Source: an uncultured Verrucomicrobiae bacterium
GTDB taxonomy: Bacteria; Verrucomicrobiota; Verrucomicrobiia; Limisphaerales; JAFGQR01
Length of the DNA: 64,000 bases
Direction of reading: 5' to 3'
Assembly (NCBI GenBank): GCA_963788655.1
Contig: CAWBHS010000022.1
Coordinates: 1 to 64,000 of the forward strand
Part shown: positions 63,733-64,000 of the stretch, one piece after another
How positions within the stretch are numbered: the first letter of the stretch is position 1
How the letters are laid out: every line of letters starts with the position of its first letter
Made by a program: the position numbers and the translations under genes
The notes under the pieces: generated by a model
Database searches by the model: none
What the model was told of the DNA's origin: nothing
What the model saw: only the letters and a program-made list of their open reading frames with translations

Positions 63733-64000
63733 ATGAAAGCAAAACTCCACGCCTTGATCTTTGGGCTCCTGGCTTGCGGGCTGACGAGCCTGGCCCAGAA
63801 CGACATTCCTTCGCCGACCGACGCGTCGCCGCCGCCGGCGCGGGAGATCACGCCGCCGGCCGATCCGCCGGCGCCGCCCGCCATCGAACCGGGGCTTCCA
63901 CCTCAGGACGCCCCACCGGCCGTTCCCGAGGCCACGCCGGACACGGCCCCGCTGAATTCGGCGCCGGCTTCGGACCACGCCGCCGCGCCGCCGCCGACCG
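63733..64000 (+). CDS. 5' part of secreted Pro-rich protein, probably the PilQ/GspD-type secretin (runs off the window)
   Basis: MKAKLHALIFGLLACGLTSLAQ signal peptide, then a Pro/Ala-rich linker. Identity inferred from position after pilMNOP only. Confidence 0.45.
   Translation, partial: MKAKLHALIFGLLACGLTSLAQNDIPSPTDASPPPAREITPPADPPAPPAIEPGLPPQDAPPAVPEATPDTAPLNSAPASDHAAAPPPT

Overview
64 kb of a GC-rich bacterial chromosome, most consistent with Verrucomicrobiota (Pedosphaera/Limisphaera-like). This assignment is inferred from the PEP-CTERM, DUF1553, PQQ-propeller and RFYR-type C-terminal domains. Region 1-16.6 kb is accessory and frameshift-rich, and ends at a decayed tyrosine integrase beside tRNA-Gly(GCC). 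It holds an AT-richer secreted-protein cluster (PEP-CTERM, a dockerin protein with novel LAQPP repeats, a Gly-rich protein split by an intact IS3, a cohesin protein), three type II toxin-antitoxin pairs, an HUH/RAYT transposase bracketed by 23-bp inverted repeats and several short gene scraps. A second DDE IS with a triplicated terminal motif lies at 16.8-18.2 kb. The rest is largely core or metabolic: an ECF sigma/anti-sigma operon with two copies of a candidate cognate promoter, rpsU, carA, metH, sodA, a hybrid histidine kinase, tRNA-Arg(CCT), carbohydrate-active enzymes, frr, thpR, gcvP and a pilMNOP(Q)-like operon. It is interrupted by small decayed patches (Pnkp, HsdM, ImmA/IrrE remnants) and REP-like repeats. 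The best candidate for an undescribed system is the non-cellulosomal cohesin-dockerin surface-protein cluster at 1.1-5.2 kb. All calls come from reading motifs by eye; no database searches were run.
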